Assembly (NCBI RefSeq): GCF_018350175.1
Contig: NC_058383.1
Location: forward strand, 20,648,001-20,712,000
Length of the DNA stretch: 64,000 nt
Direction of reading: 5' to 3'
Source: Felis catus
Taxonomy: Eukaryota
The notes under the pieces were generated by a model, which was not told the origin of the DNA, made no database searches, and was given only the letters and a program-made list of their open reading frames with translations. The position numbers were made by a program, and so were the translations under genes. Position 1 is the first letter of the stretch; every line of letters starts with the position of its first letter. Shown here in pieces: positions 12,314-24,470 of the stretch.

Positions 12314-12629
12314 TGCTATGGGCCGAATATCTGTGTGTCCCCTGCCAAATTCATACGTTGAAATCCTACATGAGGTGAGTAGATGACGAGGGCGGAGCCT
12401 CACCCAGGGAATGAATGCCCTCGGTCAAACAGTCCCTTGTCTCCTTCCCCCACTTGAGGTCAGGGCCAGAAGACGGCCATCTGGAATGGGTCTTCACCAG
12501 ACTCTGAATGTGCTGGCACCTTGACCTTGGGCTTTCCAGTGTCCAGAGCTGTGAGAAATAATCTTCTGCTGTTTAAAAGCCACTCGGTCCTACGCCATTT
12601 ACTTCAAGCAGCCCAAACAGACCAAAAGA
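12314..12629 (+). mobile_element. MaLR MLT1A0-like solo LTR
   Basis: tgctatggg...caaattcatacgttgaaatcct...gctggcaccttgaccttgg...ctgtgagaaataa. Confidence 0.85.
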
Positions 12630-12802
12630 GTCTTGGACGATGTTTACAGAGGAAGCATGCAATTCTTACTTCGATTGTATGTTACTCTGGGGGTGGTGTG
12701 GACGTGTCCTTAACAGAGATTATGGAGACAAAGCTTCTCCTCAAAGCAATCACTGCAGCCCATAAGATGGTGATTCATGTGCTCACAAAATCCTTCCGAC
12801 CC

Positions 12803-12995
12803 GGGGCGCCTGGGTGGCTCAATTGTTTGAGCGCCCGACTTCAGCTCAGGTCATGATCTGTGGGTTCAAGCCCCGCATCGGGCTCTGTGCTGACAGCTCA
12901 GAGCCTGGAACCTGCTTCGGATTCTGTGTCTCCCTCTCTCTCTGCCCCTCCCCCACTCATGCTCTCCCTCAAAAATAAACAAACATTTAAAAAAA
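12803..12995 (+). mobile_element. Can-SINE (small internal deletion)
   Basis: Head, B box, CT tract, A tail. Confidence 0.95.
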
Positions 12996-13668
12996 CCCCA
13001 AAACGTTCCCACCCAATCAAACCCCCTGGAGTCACCACATGGCTTGATCCACGTCTGCATCCGTGGTCCTTGGCACAGACCCTGCTGATGATCGTTTACC
13101 ACCTACGATGTCTACACAATCCCACAGGAATGCATCCCCTCTGTACACTTGGTGGCTTAAGGAACAGATGTCCCTGAACTTCACACATGGCAAAGGGATC
13201 TCCTACTTCTGGGCACAGGATGGCTCTGGAGTGAGACCCTCATGCCAAAGTGAGAAGCAAGAAGTCATTTGGAATTGCAGAGCCAAACAGGCAAGAGGAA
13301 TTCAGTTCTGTACTCCAGCTGCCCCTTCGCAGATGCATGCTGTTTTTCTGTAATTAGCTTTCATGTGTCTCGACGTGGCAGCTGCCAGTGGTGGGACCCC
13401 TATCAAGTAGATTTCTATCTACCCGAGGCACAAGAGCCTGCTGGGAGCCCTCCAGGTTTCCTGCAGGTGTTCAGTGAATGAGTGAGTAAAAGGAAAAAGG
13501 AAGGGAAGGGTAGAGACAGCAAGGAAGAGAAGGAAAGAGGACCAATAAACCAAAGAAGGACGAGATGAGCACTTTCCGCCTTTGTTTATTTCAGAGGTGG
13601 GATATTTCTCTTGGTTAACATGGATAATTCAAGCTGATGCAGTGATGGTACTCTCTTCCTCGGGGACC

Positions 13669-14003
13669 CTCTTAGTGAACTTGGGCTACTCTAACCAAGT
13701 ACTGCAGATTGGGTGGCTTCGAAACAACAGAAACTTATTTCTCACATTCTGGAAACTGCAAAGTCCAAGATCTGGGTCCCAGGACGGTCAGGTTCCGGCG
13801 AGTGACGTCTTTCAGGATGCGGACCATCCACCAGCGAGGCGAGAGCCCGTTCCCTGGCTTCTTTTCACAAGGGCACGAATCCCATTCATCGGGGCTTCAT
13901 GACCTCATCACCTCCCAAAGGCCCCACCTCCTAAAGCCATCACCCTGGGATTAGAGTTTCAACACAGGAATTGAACACATTAATACAAGTGTTCAGTCCA
14001 TAA
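13669..14003 (-). mobile_element. MaLR MLT1A-like solo LTR
   Basis: gggtggcttcgaaacaacagaaacttatttctcaca...cacctcccaaaggccccacctcctaa. Confidence 0.85.
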
Positions 14004-14799
14004 AGGGAACCATGCAGTAAAATTCCCTGTCTCTTGCAGAAAGAATACTGTTTGCTCCAACTCCCTTAACAAATTCTTTGTGAAGTTTAGGGCCAGGAAA
14101 AAGCAAGTCGGATATGACAGGCAAGTATAACTTCTCTTATCAAAAAGTTAGCTCACTTCCCTTACCGAGCCCGTGAGGACACTTTGCTGCCTCTGCTGTG
14201 GACCCCCATACAACTGTTTGTATCAAAAGTGGCTCACTTGCAAAACAAGTCTTGAGTGGGCCTTCCTGTGCGTTGCCTTTCAGGTCCCTAGGGGAGACCA
14301 CCCCATGCGTTCTTTACGAGATCTTAAAGATAGGTCATGTCAACCCAACACTCAGTCCCACTTGTCACATAACATGTATTCACAGCCGTCATCTCAAACA
14401 ACACCCTCCGAACTGGTGAACATCCATCCAGCTGTTTTGAATGATGTCATAACATAAAAACAGGCAGGGATTTCTTTTATCGACATGGCTGAGATACAGA
14501 CGGTTGTCCCATCTTTCTCTTTTCTAACACAACTAAAAAGCGGGTGCAAAGTTTCAGTACGTGGTCCCTGATTTTCTTCTCTCCGGACTCCTTCCTATCA
14601 GACTATGTGAGTCATTTAAGGGTGGGATTTGTTTTCTATTTATGTCTATAACTAGGCTCCAGAGCTCGGACACTGGAGCGTTCAATAAGTGTTGAAACCC
14701 ATGGGCATAATTTTCCCTCCCCTCTTTTTTGATCTCTTGCCTTGTGGTTTCATCTCTGCTGAGGGTCCAATCTTACTGCACTGTTTTAATTCAATCTCA

Positions 14800-15021
14800 G
14801 GGGCACCTGGGTGGCTCAGTCGGTTAAGCGTCTGACTCTTGGTTTCGGCTCGGGTCATGATCTCGTGGTTTCATGGGTTCGAGCCCCACCCACATCAGGC
14901 ACTGCGCTGGCAGCACAAAGCCTGCTTGGGATTCTCTCTCTCTCCCTCTCCCTCTCTCTCTCTGCCCTTCCCTCACTTGCACTGTCTCTGTCTCTCTCAA
15001 AAAATAAATAAACTTAAAAAA
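14800..15021 (+). mobile_element. Can-SINE (older subtype)
   Basis: Full body; TSD tttaattcaat(c/t)tca. Confidence 0.96.
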
Positions 15022-15094
15022 CTTTAATTCAATTTCAAATTTGCTTTACTGGTGGGTATGGAGTAAGTAGCCAAATACGTCAGAATATATTTCT

Positions 15095-15425
15095 AGCTGA
15101 CATCTCAGGTTCTGGGCTTTCCTTGCTCCATCCCAGCCTAAACCCTCTGCCAGATTAATTCCCCAAACCCTCATGCTCAAGAACCTACAAGGATTGCCTG
15201 TATATTCTGGCAGACTTCAAGTCGCTCCTTAATCTAGCTCCCATGTATCGTGTGTTCACCCAGCCAATCCCCAGTCCCTCCAGGCCGTTGACACACCTCT
15301 CTAACGCTCCCATACATGTTCTTGGTGCTGCTTCGGGGCTTCTGTTCATGGTTTGTCCACACCTGGGCTGCCACCCATTCTCCCCTCCATATCTTCAAGA
15401 GCTTCCTAAACATTAAGACAAGCAT
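15095..15425 (+). mobile_element. L2 fragment
   Basis: ctgccagattaattcc...ctcaagaacctacaaggattgcct. Confidence 0.55.
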
Positions 15426-15464
15426 TGGAAGCTTTTTTTGGCTAATGATTAAAAATAACATGTA

Positions 15465-15690
15465 GGGGCGCTTAGGTGGCTCAGTCAGTTAAGCGTCCGA
15501 CTTCGGTTCAGGTCATGATCTCATGGTTCGTGGGTTCAAGCCCTGCGTCAGGCTCTGTGTTGACAGCTCAGCCTGGACCCTACTTCAGATTCTGTGTCTC
15601 CCTCTCTCACTGCCCCTCCCCTGCTCGGGCTCTGTCTCTCTCTGTCAAAATAAATAAACGTTAAAAAAACAAAACAAACAAACAAACAAA
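15465..15690 (+). mobile_element. Can-SINE
   Basis: Full body with (AAAC)n tail. Confidence 0.96.
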
Positions 15691-15694
15691 ACCC

Positions 15695-15950
15695 TAACGT
15701 GAAAGTTGAGTTGGGTATAAAAATCCAGATTTCCATCATCTCATGAAATAGTGGAAGGTTTGTCTACACTGGCCTTTCCTTCCTACATGACAACTCTTGA
15801 GAGGAACTGAGTAACAGCTGGTTTTGTTAGAAGAGGATTGTATTACCTGGTTCACCACAGTCTCCCCCTACTCAGACAACACATGTTAACACCAGCCCCA
15901 TTCACTGGTGTACATTACCCACCTAGCTTCTTACTTGTTTCAGCAGTGAA
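15695..15950 (-). mobile_element. MER103C-like hAT-Charlie relic
   Basis: ataaaaatccagatttcc...caccacagtctcccc matches antisense MER103C. Confidence 0.6.
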
Positions 15951-16749
15951 CTTAATTGAAGCCCTAAGACTTAATTTAGAGCTATTTTTCTCCATGAAGC
16001 ATATCTTAATTTTGTTTGGGTTGTTTCCCTGAGGAAGTATGAGATGCTGATTTTCAACAAGAATGTTCTAATTTATTGGAGTTTACAATTACCCACAGTT
16101 CTGCTGAAATCCCGGGGGTTCACAACTGGCCTCCAAACAACCCACTTTGTGTCCAGCCCCATTCACACAGCCAGGACTTTTCTCATGGGAGAGAAGTTAT
16201 TTCAGATGACCTTTAATGCCTTTTCCCATTCCACTCAGTGTGGTTTTGTGATAGCTCTCCTACTCAGTTTCTCCCCATCACATCTCATGACAAGGCTGAG
16301 CATGGCTTGTTAGATGAACACAGGGCACACAGGGAATAGACAAGGGCTATTCAGTGAACCAAAAGGGTCAGGGAGGGTACTAGAAATGATGGAGACAGTG
16401 GGATCTAGCTATAAATTACAGGAGAAATTTAGACTAAACAGGAAGTCTGGAAAGCATGGATATATTTATGGAATAGGCTCACATAGGACACAGAAGCATC
16501 CCAACAGCATAAGATGCATGGCAGGGAAGATGATCCAGAGATGAAGTAGGCAGGTATGTGTCAAGGAAGTTGGCTAGCTGGGCTATGGGCACCTGGTCAA
16601 AGTTCAGGTGTTACTAGCCCCTCCCTGAGGGCAAAAAGAGGTAAGAAGAAAGCAAGCCTTCATTCGGCTGACAGCACCTAGAAGGTTAACACAGCAGCAA
16701 TCTAGATATGAAGAAGAAGCCAGATTTCCATTTACAAAAGTCACATGTG

Positions 16750-16895
16750 CACCTGTCACCGTACTGAGCCCTTGAGAAAGCTATTAGTATCCCCATTTGA
16801 GAGATGAGAAGACTAAGGCCAGGTGCATCAAACAGCAAATTTGTGTTGGGTCCGAGGGTTGACCCAGATCTATCTTAGTCCAATGTCCCTTTCTC
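16750..16895 (-). mobile_element. MIR
   Basis: tatccccatttgagagatgagaagactaaggcc. Confidence 0.7.
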
Positions 16896-16984
16896 TGAAA
16901 GGGGATCTGAAAAATTCAGTTGCATTTGGATTGAGGGAATCTGGTTCTGAGACAGAAAATTAATGATCCAAGAGTGGACACATG

Positions 16985-17512
16985 TTCTCTTAACCACTCA
17001 ACGCTCCTTAACCTCTTTCTCCACCTCTTAGTCCATCCATAAGGAGAACACCATCAACTACTGGAGGTGGAACGCACAGGCCAACCCCCATCCAATTAGC
17101 ATCACTCATTCTCATGGCCACATGGTGATTTTTTCAAGGAAGAGCATGGGACCTGATTCATCAGGATGAATCTTGGGAATTTTGTAGGAGCTCCCGGAAG
17201 AAGGAGGGAAAAGAGCTCTTTTTCCCTATGGGACTTAAACCTTGGGGGAAATTGAAGATAACGCTTCTGCTGATTCCATCTTATGACCATCAGATCAGAA
17301 CTGGTCTGAGAATGAGGTCAACACAGAAGTCTGGACCCTGAGATGGAAGAAGAAAGAGAAAGAGTCCTGGTGACATCATTTGCACCCAAGTCAAACTGCA
17401 CTTGAAGTTAGGATGGGCTTTGTCTCCTCACATTCCTGCCAATAAACTCCTAGCTGCTTAGACCAGTGTGGTCAGGTTTCCTGTCACTCATAACGAAAAA
17501 GTCCTACCCAAA
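16985..17512 (+). mobile_element. MaLR MLT1K/L-like solo LTR
   Basis: ctgagaatgaggtcaacacaga...gtcctggtgacatcatttg...gccaataaa...gtcactcataacgaaaaagtcct. Confidence 0.8.
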
Positions 17513-17519
17513 TTCTGGG

Positions 17520-18450
17520 CACGAGATAAAGTTAAAAGTATGCCAAGCTCCAAATTATCTGGGCAGGATTTCTTAAATCCACGCTCCTTCTGGTCATAAT
17601 CGTTCCCAGATGCTGGTGTGTGGCCAAGATGGCGGGTGGAGGTCACGGAGGTTCTGCAGAAAGCAGAGAGAGAGGCTTCGAGACTCAGAACCAGGTAAGA
17701 ATGGGTATTCTCTTCTGCGACCAAACGTTACACCTTAAACCAGTACCACACCGTTCAGCAGTAAGCGTGTGCTGTGGACGGAACATCTCTCTCCTGTGAG
17801 AGAGAGAAAACACAGCGTCTGCAGTCATGCTCAAGTCATTCACTAGTGCTTCCTGAGACGGCAAATAGGCATCTGGCTAAAGGAGTCTGTGGAAATAATT
17901 TAATTAGACTTAAAGAAGAAAGACGACAAAACCATTGACAAATTTCCACATCAAAAGCTGTTCACAACACCTGCATCACCGTGGGAATGGGGATGTGTGT
18001 GCGTTTTGCCTTGAATAGAGAATCTGCTCAGAGAAACGGGGCTTAGAGGACGGAGACATGTAATCAACGGTGTTCCTCAAGGATCAAAGATAGCACTTGT
18101 CTTACTGATCATTTGTACAAAAGTTTGAGGATTCGTTGTAGAGTACAAAACCCCAGTGCGTGGGTAATAGTGAATTCCTCCAGGTAGGGAGAAACCAGAG
18201 GGAAGGGACAGAGACTCCGACTGGAATCCCCAGGCGCTCAGTAATCAATGACTGATCGGCTCATTACGAACCCAAGTGGATCAATCGCAGGGTGGTATCG
18301 GAAATGTCGAACCCGGTATTAAATCGATATGTATTAGCTGTTACACCAGATTTCAGATGACAAATAAGCCATACCTTGGCGAGCTCCCACCTGGTAGCTA
18401 AACGGAGAACTGTATCGAGAAATAGCCCCAGTCCCCATTATGGCTAAGTG
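17520..18450 (+). mobile_element. Ancient CR1/L3-clade LINE ORF2 (reverse transcriptase) fossil
   Basis: Collinear degenerate peptides GVWPRWRVEVTEVLQK (17615-17662), SEPGK, QSCSSHSLVLPETANRHLAKG, KTIDKFPHQKL (from 17928), GVPQGS (18069-18086) and LAVT (from 18334) mirror CR1 RT motifs; frameshifted and stop-ridden. Confidence 0.8.
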
Positions 18451-18867
18451 TCAGTGTTGTGATTGATTGTCGACGTCTCGCCAGGGAAAAATTTCTTTAA
18501 AAAGCAGAGGGGAGCGCAAACACACTGAACGTCTGAAGGCTCCGTGCGGACTGAGCTATCTGAAGGCAAGAAGCAAAGTACTCAGGCTGGAGTGTATTTC
18601 AGCAGCTCAATGGCTGGTCACCGGGAAATTCTCAGAGCAAGGAGGGAAGACAACAGCGTTGCGGAGTTGACATGGCGTCTACTCCGGTGGAAAAGGTCCC
18701 AACTCATGCGTATGCTGGCGTGTGCCAGCCACAGACACCCCCAAACACTTCCGCACAAACAGAGCACAGGTCAGGTTCAAACTGCTGCAAAGGACTTCCC
18801 TCCCCAGGGCTTCTGGCTCCTCCTACCTCTTAGGAGGGAGTCTGAGGGGTCTTCCAATCACCTGGGC

Positions 18868-19306
18868 ATTTTATCATCTCACATTATCATAACAAGAAGG
18901 ATGAGTTCCCTTTCTCTTCCCGTGCCTAACTTATTTATTTATTTTTAAGTCCATTTATTTATTCCGAGAGGGAGGGCGTGAGCAGGGGAGGGACAGACAG
19001 CGGGGGCGGGAGAGAGAATCCCAAGCAGACTCTGCGAGGACAGCGTGTAGCCCAACGAGGGGCTCGAACTCACGAACCGGACAAACCGTGAGATCATGAC
19101 CTGAGCCAAGATCAAGAGTCAGACGCTTAACCGACTGAGCCACCCAGGCACCCCTTACTGTGCCTAATTTCTAAGTTAAACTTTACCACAGGTGGGTATG
19201 TATAGGAAAAAACATAGCATATACGGGGCTGGGTACTATCCACAGTTTTAGGCATCCAATGGGGCTCTAGGACAGTGGTCCCCATGGAGAAGCAGGGGCG
19301 GCTGTA
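18868..19306 (-). mobile_element. MER44/Tigger7-like TcMar element interrupted by a Can-SINE
   Basis: actgtgcctaattt...gtatgtataggaaaaaacatag...gtactatccacagttttaggcatcca. Confidence 0.8.
18931..19154 (-). mobile_element. Can-SINE (older subtype)
   Basis: Full antisense body; TSD gtgcctaa. Confidence 0.95.
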
Positions 19307-20094
19307 AATAGGGCAGAGGACTCTACACATCTCAGGATGCAACGTGTTCACCTTCCTAGGGCAACTCGCTTGATCCCATCAAAATCCCAGTGAGGTATTA
19401 TTATCACAGCTCAGAGACTGTGTGTTCTGCCCGCTTCACCTAGTGAAGAATGGATCCGGGAACTTAGTAAATACCAGGCGTGTTTGTGAATCAGCCGCTT
19501 AGTGAATGAATTGGTTCATTAAGCCAGCTTTTCCGATCGAGTTTAGCACCCTGCCTAGTTTTTCAGCATCGGTACCTACAGGGTCCTCTCCTCCCTATGG
19601 CTGTTCATCGTTAGGTTTTGTGCAAACAGTTCTGTCTCGTCTAGCTTGGTAATTTTCTGAAAGAAAGCTGGCTTTCAGATCTTCTGGCCCATAATCAAGA
19701 AAAAGAGAGAAAGAGAAAAAAGGAGACACAGGGAGAGAGGGAGGGAGGGAAAAGAAACAGTCCAAATACGCCAACGTTCATCGGCCTGAACTCGTGACTC
19801 TGACCTGTGATCTCACACTGCAACTTCTGCCCCCGGCGTTTCGTACATACCAGGTTTCTGGCCACGTCTCCCTTCTTTGAGCTCCTCTGGCCTCCTTGCC
19901 TGATCCTGCCGTGAACTCATCCTTAAGATCACAGTGTTCCAACCTCCCTCGGAAAGGTCTGATCCCCGCCCCGCCCCGTTAGCCCACGCCTCCCAGCCAG
20001 AGTCCTCCCCGACCCCCACCTCACTGCCACTCTGCAAGTTTGAACGTGGACAACGAAACGGACCAGGCAAATGGTGCTCCCTTGACGCTTGTCC

Positions 20095-20225
20095 ATTGGA
20101 ACCGTCAGGACCCCAGGATCCAGTTCTGTGGATCTGGTTCTACAACCTGGCTCAGTCCCCCTCCTTCTCAGTTTCCCGATCTGTACAGAAAAGGGGCCAG
20201 TGAGATGTTCCGATACCCGGTCCCC
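20095..20225 (+). mobile_element. MIR/MIR3 fragment
   Basis: ctcagtttcccgatctgtacagaaaagggg. Confidence 0.5.
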
Positions 20226-20791
20226 CGTGAGTCGACTGTGAGCTGCTTTAAGGCTTGAGAGGGTAAAGCAGAAATACAGTGAGTGTTCAGCATGGCAATA
20301 AAGCCAAGATGTGATGGGCAGGAAAGAATCCTGTAATCACCAAGCAGAAGAGAGCACGATCCATTAACTCCTTTTAGCCAAAGCTGCCACGGAGCTGTCC
20401 CCCTCCTGCTGCGCGGGTGAACCTGTCACTCCCCAGGGCTCAGGGCAGAGGAGCAAGCTCACGCTGGTGCCCTGCGGTCACTCGTGCTGCTGCCCTGCCC
20501 CAGAGCCCTCATTTAAGCTGACCAGAAGGGCCGCGTGAAGCGATGCGATCTAAAAATATTACCGCCACTTGGCACCTGATTTCTTTTTCTCCTTTCAACA
20601 AATGGAAAATCCCCAGGGGTCGCTCTGAGCTGCTGTCAGATAATGCTCAAGTAACAGGCACGCGTACAGCCCCTGGCTCAGCCCCTTCCTCCTGCAGGTG
20701 GGTCAGAAAGGTTTGGTCACTTGCCAGAAATCACACAGCCACAACGGCATCGCTCAGAGAACATCTACAATTCAAAGCTCTATGAGAGTCA

Positions 20792-20860
20792 TTTCTTTTC
20801 TTTTTTTTTTTTTAAAAAGTTGTATTTATTTTGAGAGACAGAGACAGTGAGAGAGAGAGG

Positions 20861-20898
<38 letters not shown>

Positions 20899-21043
20899 AT
20901 GAGTGGAGGAGGGGGACAGAGAGAGGGAGAGAGAGAATCCCAAGCAGGCTCTGTGCTGTCAGCCCAAACCATGAGATCATGACCTGAGCCGAAATCAAGT
21001 CAGATGCTTAACTGACTGAGCCCCCCCCCACAGGGGGCGCCCC
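20792..21043 (-). mobile_element. Can-SINE with internal (GT)n microsatellite (20863-20897), internal deletion and altered head
   Basis: Antisense body; B-box region missing; head reads gagcccccccccacagggggcgcccc. Confidence 0.92.
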
Positions 21044-22754
21044 TACTGGGACTATCTTCTTATAGTAAACAGCTTCGGTGGCCTCCCACTTTTTATACTT
21101 AACCCTTCTCTCCCCCATTAGGACACACTGAACTGTCCCTTTCTCTGGGAAGGCTTCTCAGATTGTCATCAAACTATGTTTTAATTCTCTGTCACACATT
21201 CTAGGCACAACAGGACCCTTGCTCCCTTGGATCCCCAGTGAGATGTCCCCGTACATTTCCTCTAATATATTCCAGATGGAAACCTTACTTGGTCCCAACC
21301 TCTGCATCGCTCACCTTCACACAGACAGACGCACAGTGTCACCCACGCTGCCCATGTGAGGCTCTCCATGAGCCTTGGGTGGGGATAATACCAACGGGGA
21401 TAATACCAGCCCCACAAGGTCACTGTAAAGATTAAATACGGCAATATAATGTGAACTAGTCAATAAGGCAGACCCAACGTTAATTATAAATAGGAACACA
21501 CCTTTATAACCTTAATAACAAGGCATACATTAAACTTGTCATCTCTAGGTATTTAACATGACCGAGAATACCAGGTACAGGGTGACCTGTGCTACAGTGA
21601 ACGTGATCCATAAATGACCAATAAATAAATACCTGTGGGTCTCGACTCGTTACTGGGGGAAGCAGAATGATGCCCTCGGTGACTTTTTCAGGAGGTTGGG
21701 TAGAAGGCAGCGACAGAGGTTCCATTTGGGGAATGCAAGGAGGGAAGCCGGGAGCTTCAAACGGTGACCACACCTGGATGAAGAAGAGCTAGAACGAGCA
21801 TCTCTGAGCTCTCCGCTCCCCGCTACACATCATGGACCCCAGGGCCACACTTCCTGTCCTCGGCTCAGCCGCTCTCTCGAGCCTTTGGCTTCTCATGGGG
21901 TCTTGGCCTCTACAGTTATGACCTGGTGCAGACCTGTTCCAGCTTTTGGTGAAGATAGCTGTTCTTCTTGCTTGAGCCTTTCCTGACCGTTCGTTCTCAA
22001 AACTTTCCACCCTGGCCCATTGGCCACAGTTCTGATTATTCCCCGGCCCAGCTTTACTTGCTCCTTGATAAAAAAAAAAACCGACAAGGATTCGTGGGAG
22101 AGAAGCATTGAAGCCTTGCACCGATAGTCATCGAGAGGGGAAGTTCGTTTGAATGGACAAGAGTTAGTATCCTTCTGACAAAATAAGGGGTCTGGGTGCG
22201 TACTCTCCCTCTCAGTCCCGATGACGTGAGGCTACGTTAAGCTGTAAATCCAACCTGTCAGGTTACGGTATTGCGTCTGAGAGCGTCTTTTATCAAATGT
22301 CCAGGGAGGCTGAACCAAGCAGACAGAAAAGCCAGGTCACTTAGAACTCTTGGCCCAAACCGTAAAACGTCACTGTCTACGTGAATCAGATCCGATGAGA
22401 CGGTTAGCAAGGCCACCTCTCTCTGGTCAACCTACATTCAACGGCCGTAAATGTATACTAGGAGGTTATTCATCCCGAGAAGCCCTAAGAAGAAAGGAAA
22501 GAAATAGACTCTCCCGGCGTGACCTCACACACGGGCTCTACAGAGGGGAAGATATTTAGTAAAGGAACACTGACTAGGTTCAAAGGAGTTTAAAGTAAGC
22601 CACGTGGGGATTTTTATGTGGGAACTTGTTCTTCAAACCCGTGTGCTTTGGCGTGTACTTGCAGCCTTTGGGATACTCCGCATCCCACCCAAATCGTTGT
22701 GTTTCCCAGCCCGTGTCCAGGACCCAAACACAGCTTCTGAGTTTCCCCGAAAGC

Positions 22755-22965
22755 ATCGTCATCGTTATCACTAAATGCCAGCTATGATCGAGGCCAAGTA
22801 ACGTGCTTGACAAATATCATCTCCTTTACGTTCACGACTGAGAAGTGAGTCCCAGAGAGGCAACATCTCTTAGCCAGAGCCCCACATCTCAATGCCAGAA
22901 CCAGGATTTGGGACTGGGCCAGTCCAACCTCAAAGGTCACATCTCTTTGACCTCAGCAGGCTGCA
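22755..22965 (-). mobile_element. MIR
   Basis: gagtcccagagaggcaacatctcttagccagagccccaca...gccagaaccaggatttg. Confidence 0.65.
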
Positions 22966-23644
22966 TCCCTGCTGGGAGCCCCAACTGTCTCATTTCTGAT
23001 TCCCCTTAAAGAGCAATTTTGGATGATCCAAAAAGACCAACTCATCAAATTTAAGAAAGGATAATAGCGGCTTGGCTTGGCTGAGGAATTCCGAATTCAA
23101 TCTCATAGGAACAAAACAGAACAATCAGATTCAATCTTCGTCAGATCCTCAGAGAACATCCGGTCCAGGGGTGAGAAACGCATGTGACTTCAAGGGCCAG
23201 CTACGAGATCTCGGGGAGCCCGGATTCTCTGCGTTCAGCAGAGAGCAAAGGTGCATTTGACCATTTCGAACTCAAAGGCAGAGCCTTGTACAAACATTTG
23301 CTCCTCTTGCCTTGGAAACATGGTAGGAGAGCATGTGTCCACCAACTTAAACTCGGCAGAGCTGTCTGAACTGTTTCGACCGGTGCCAGGCGGGAAGAAG
23401 TGATGTGTGACATGTTAAGAGCCACAGCACTTCCGGCCGCACTCTCCCTTCCTTGCCTTTGTGGAAAGGAGCCTCCGTGAGTCTCGGTCTGTGAAGCCCC
23501 GCGCTGGGCACCGCACCCCTGATGGTTCCCAAACTAGACATGTTTTGGGAATGAGAAAAAAAGCATTGCAACTCCTTGATTTTGTTGTGATTGTCACTGC
23601 AACATAGCTTAACCTGTACTGCTACCCTTGTTTAAGCAACCATA

Positions 23645-23722
23645 GAAGAAGGAGAAGAAGATGAGCGGGAGGGGGCGGGGGAGGGGGAGAAGGAGGGGAG
23701 AAGGAGGAGGAGAAGAAGAAAA
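23645..23722. repeat. GA-rich low-complexity tract
   Basis: Near-pure purine run with G tracts. Confidence 0.8.
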
Positions 23723-23767
23723 TAGGTAACTAGCTGAATATGTTGGTTAAAAACATCACATAGTAGA

Positions 23768-23962
23768 GGGGCACCCGGGTGGCTCAGTCAGTTGAGTGTC
23801 CGACTTTGACTCAGGTCACAATCTCACAGTTCGTGGGTTCGAGCCCCACGTCGGGCTCTGTCCTGACAGCTCAGAGCCTGGAGCCTGCTTCGGATTCTGC
23901 GTCTCCCTCTCTCTCTGCTCCTTCCCTGCTCACGCTCTGTTTCTCAAAAATGAATAAACATT
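23768..23962 (+). mobile_element. Can-SINE (host of a nested younger SINE; tail resumes at about 24187-24206)
   Basis: Full body up to aaaaatgaataaacat. Confidence 0.95.
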
Positions 23963-24170
23963 GGGGCGCCTGGGTGGCGCAGTCGGTTAAGCGTCCGACT
24001 TCAGCCAGGTCACGATCTCGCGGTCCGCGAGTTCGAGCCCCGCATCAGGCTCTGGGCTGATGGCTCGGAGCCTGGAGCCTGTTTCCGATTCTGTGTCTCC
24101 CTTTCTCTCTGCCCCTCCCCCGTTCATGCTCTGTCTCTCTCTGTCCCAAAAATAAATAGACGTTGAAAAA
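23963..24170 (+). mobile_element. Young-subfamily Can-SINE nested in the tail of the previous SINE
   Basis: Diagnostic ggcgcagtc, ttcagccagg, ctgggctgatgg; perfect 16-bp TSD aaaaatgaataaacat at 23946-23961 and 24171-24186. Confidence 0.97.
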
Positions 24171-24350
24171 AAAAATGAATAAACATAAAAAATTGTCTTA
24201 AAAAAAGTCACATATGAGATTCTGGGTTTTTTGGGTGTCTACACAAGCAAACTACCTACGTGGTAGTTCCAAACCTAGAATCGATACCTCCTTGTCCCTG
24301 TTGATTCAATCCTGGGCTGAGTGTCCTGCCTTGATCAGAACCAAGCTGTC

Positions 24351-24470
24351 TGGCACACCTCACTGGCTCAGTGGGTAGAGCATGTGATTCTCGATCTTGG
24401 AGTTATAAGTTCGAGCCCCATGTCGAGTGTAGACATTGCCTAAAAATAAAATCTTTAAAAACCAAACAAA
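24351..24470 (+). mobile_element. Short, old tRNA-like carnivore SINE (SINEC_old-like)
   Basis: tggctcagtgggtagagcatgtga...gttcgagcccc...gtgtagacattgcctaaaaataaaatc. Confidence 0.85.

Noticed and set aside
17610..17694. Exon of a host protein-coding gene (AGVWPRWRVEVTEVLQKAEREASRLRT)
   Set aside because: The peptide is explained by the CR1 ORF2 motif and is collinear with other CR1 motifs; no partner coding exons found
24351..24470. Possible tRNA gene
   Set aside because: A/B boxes present but no convincing acceptor stem, and it has a SINE-type A-rich tail; an old tRNA-derived SINE
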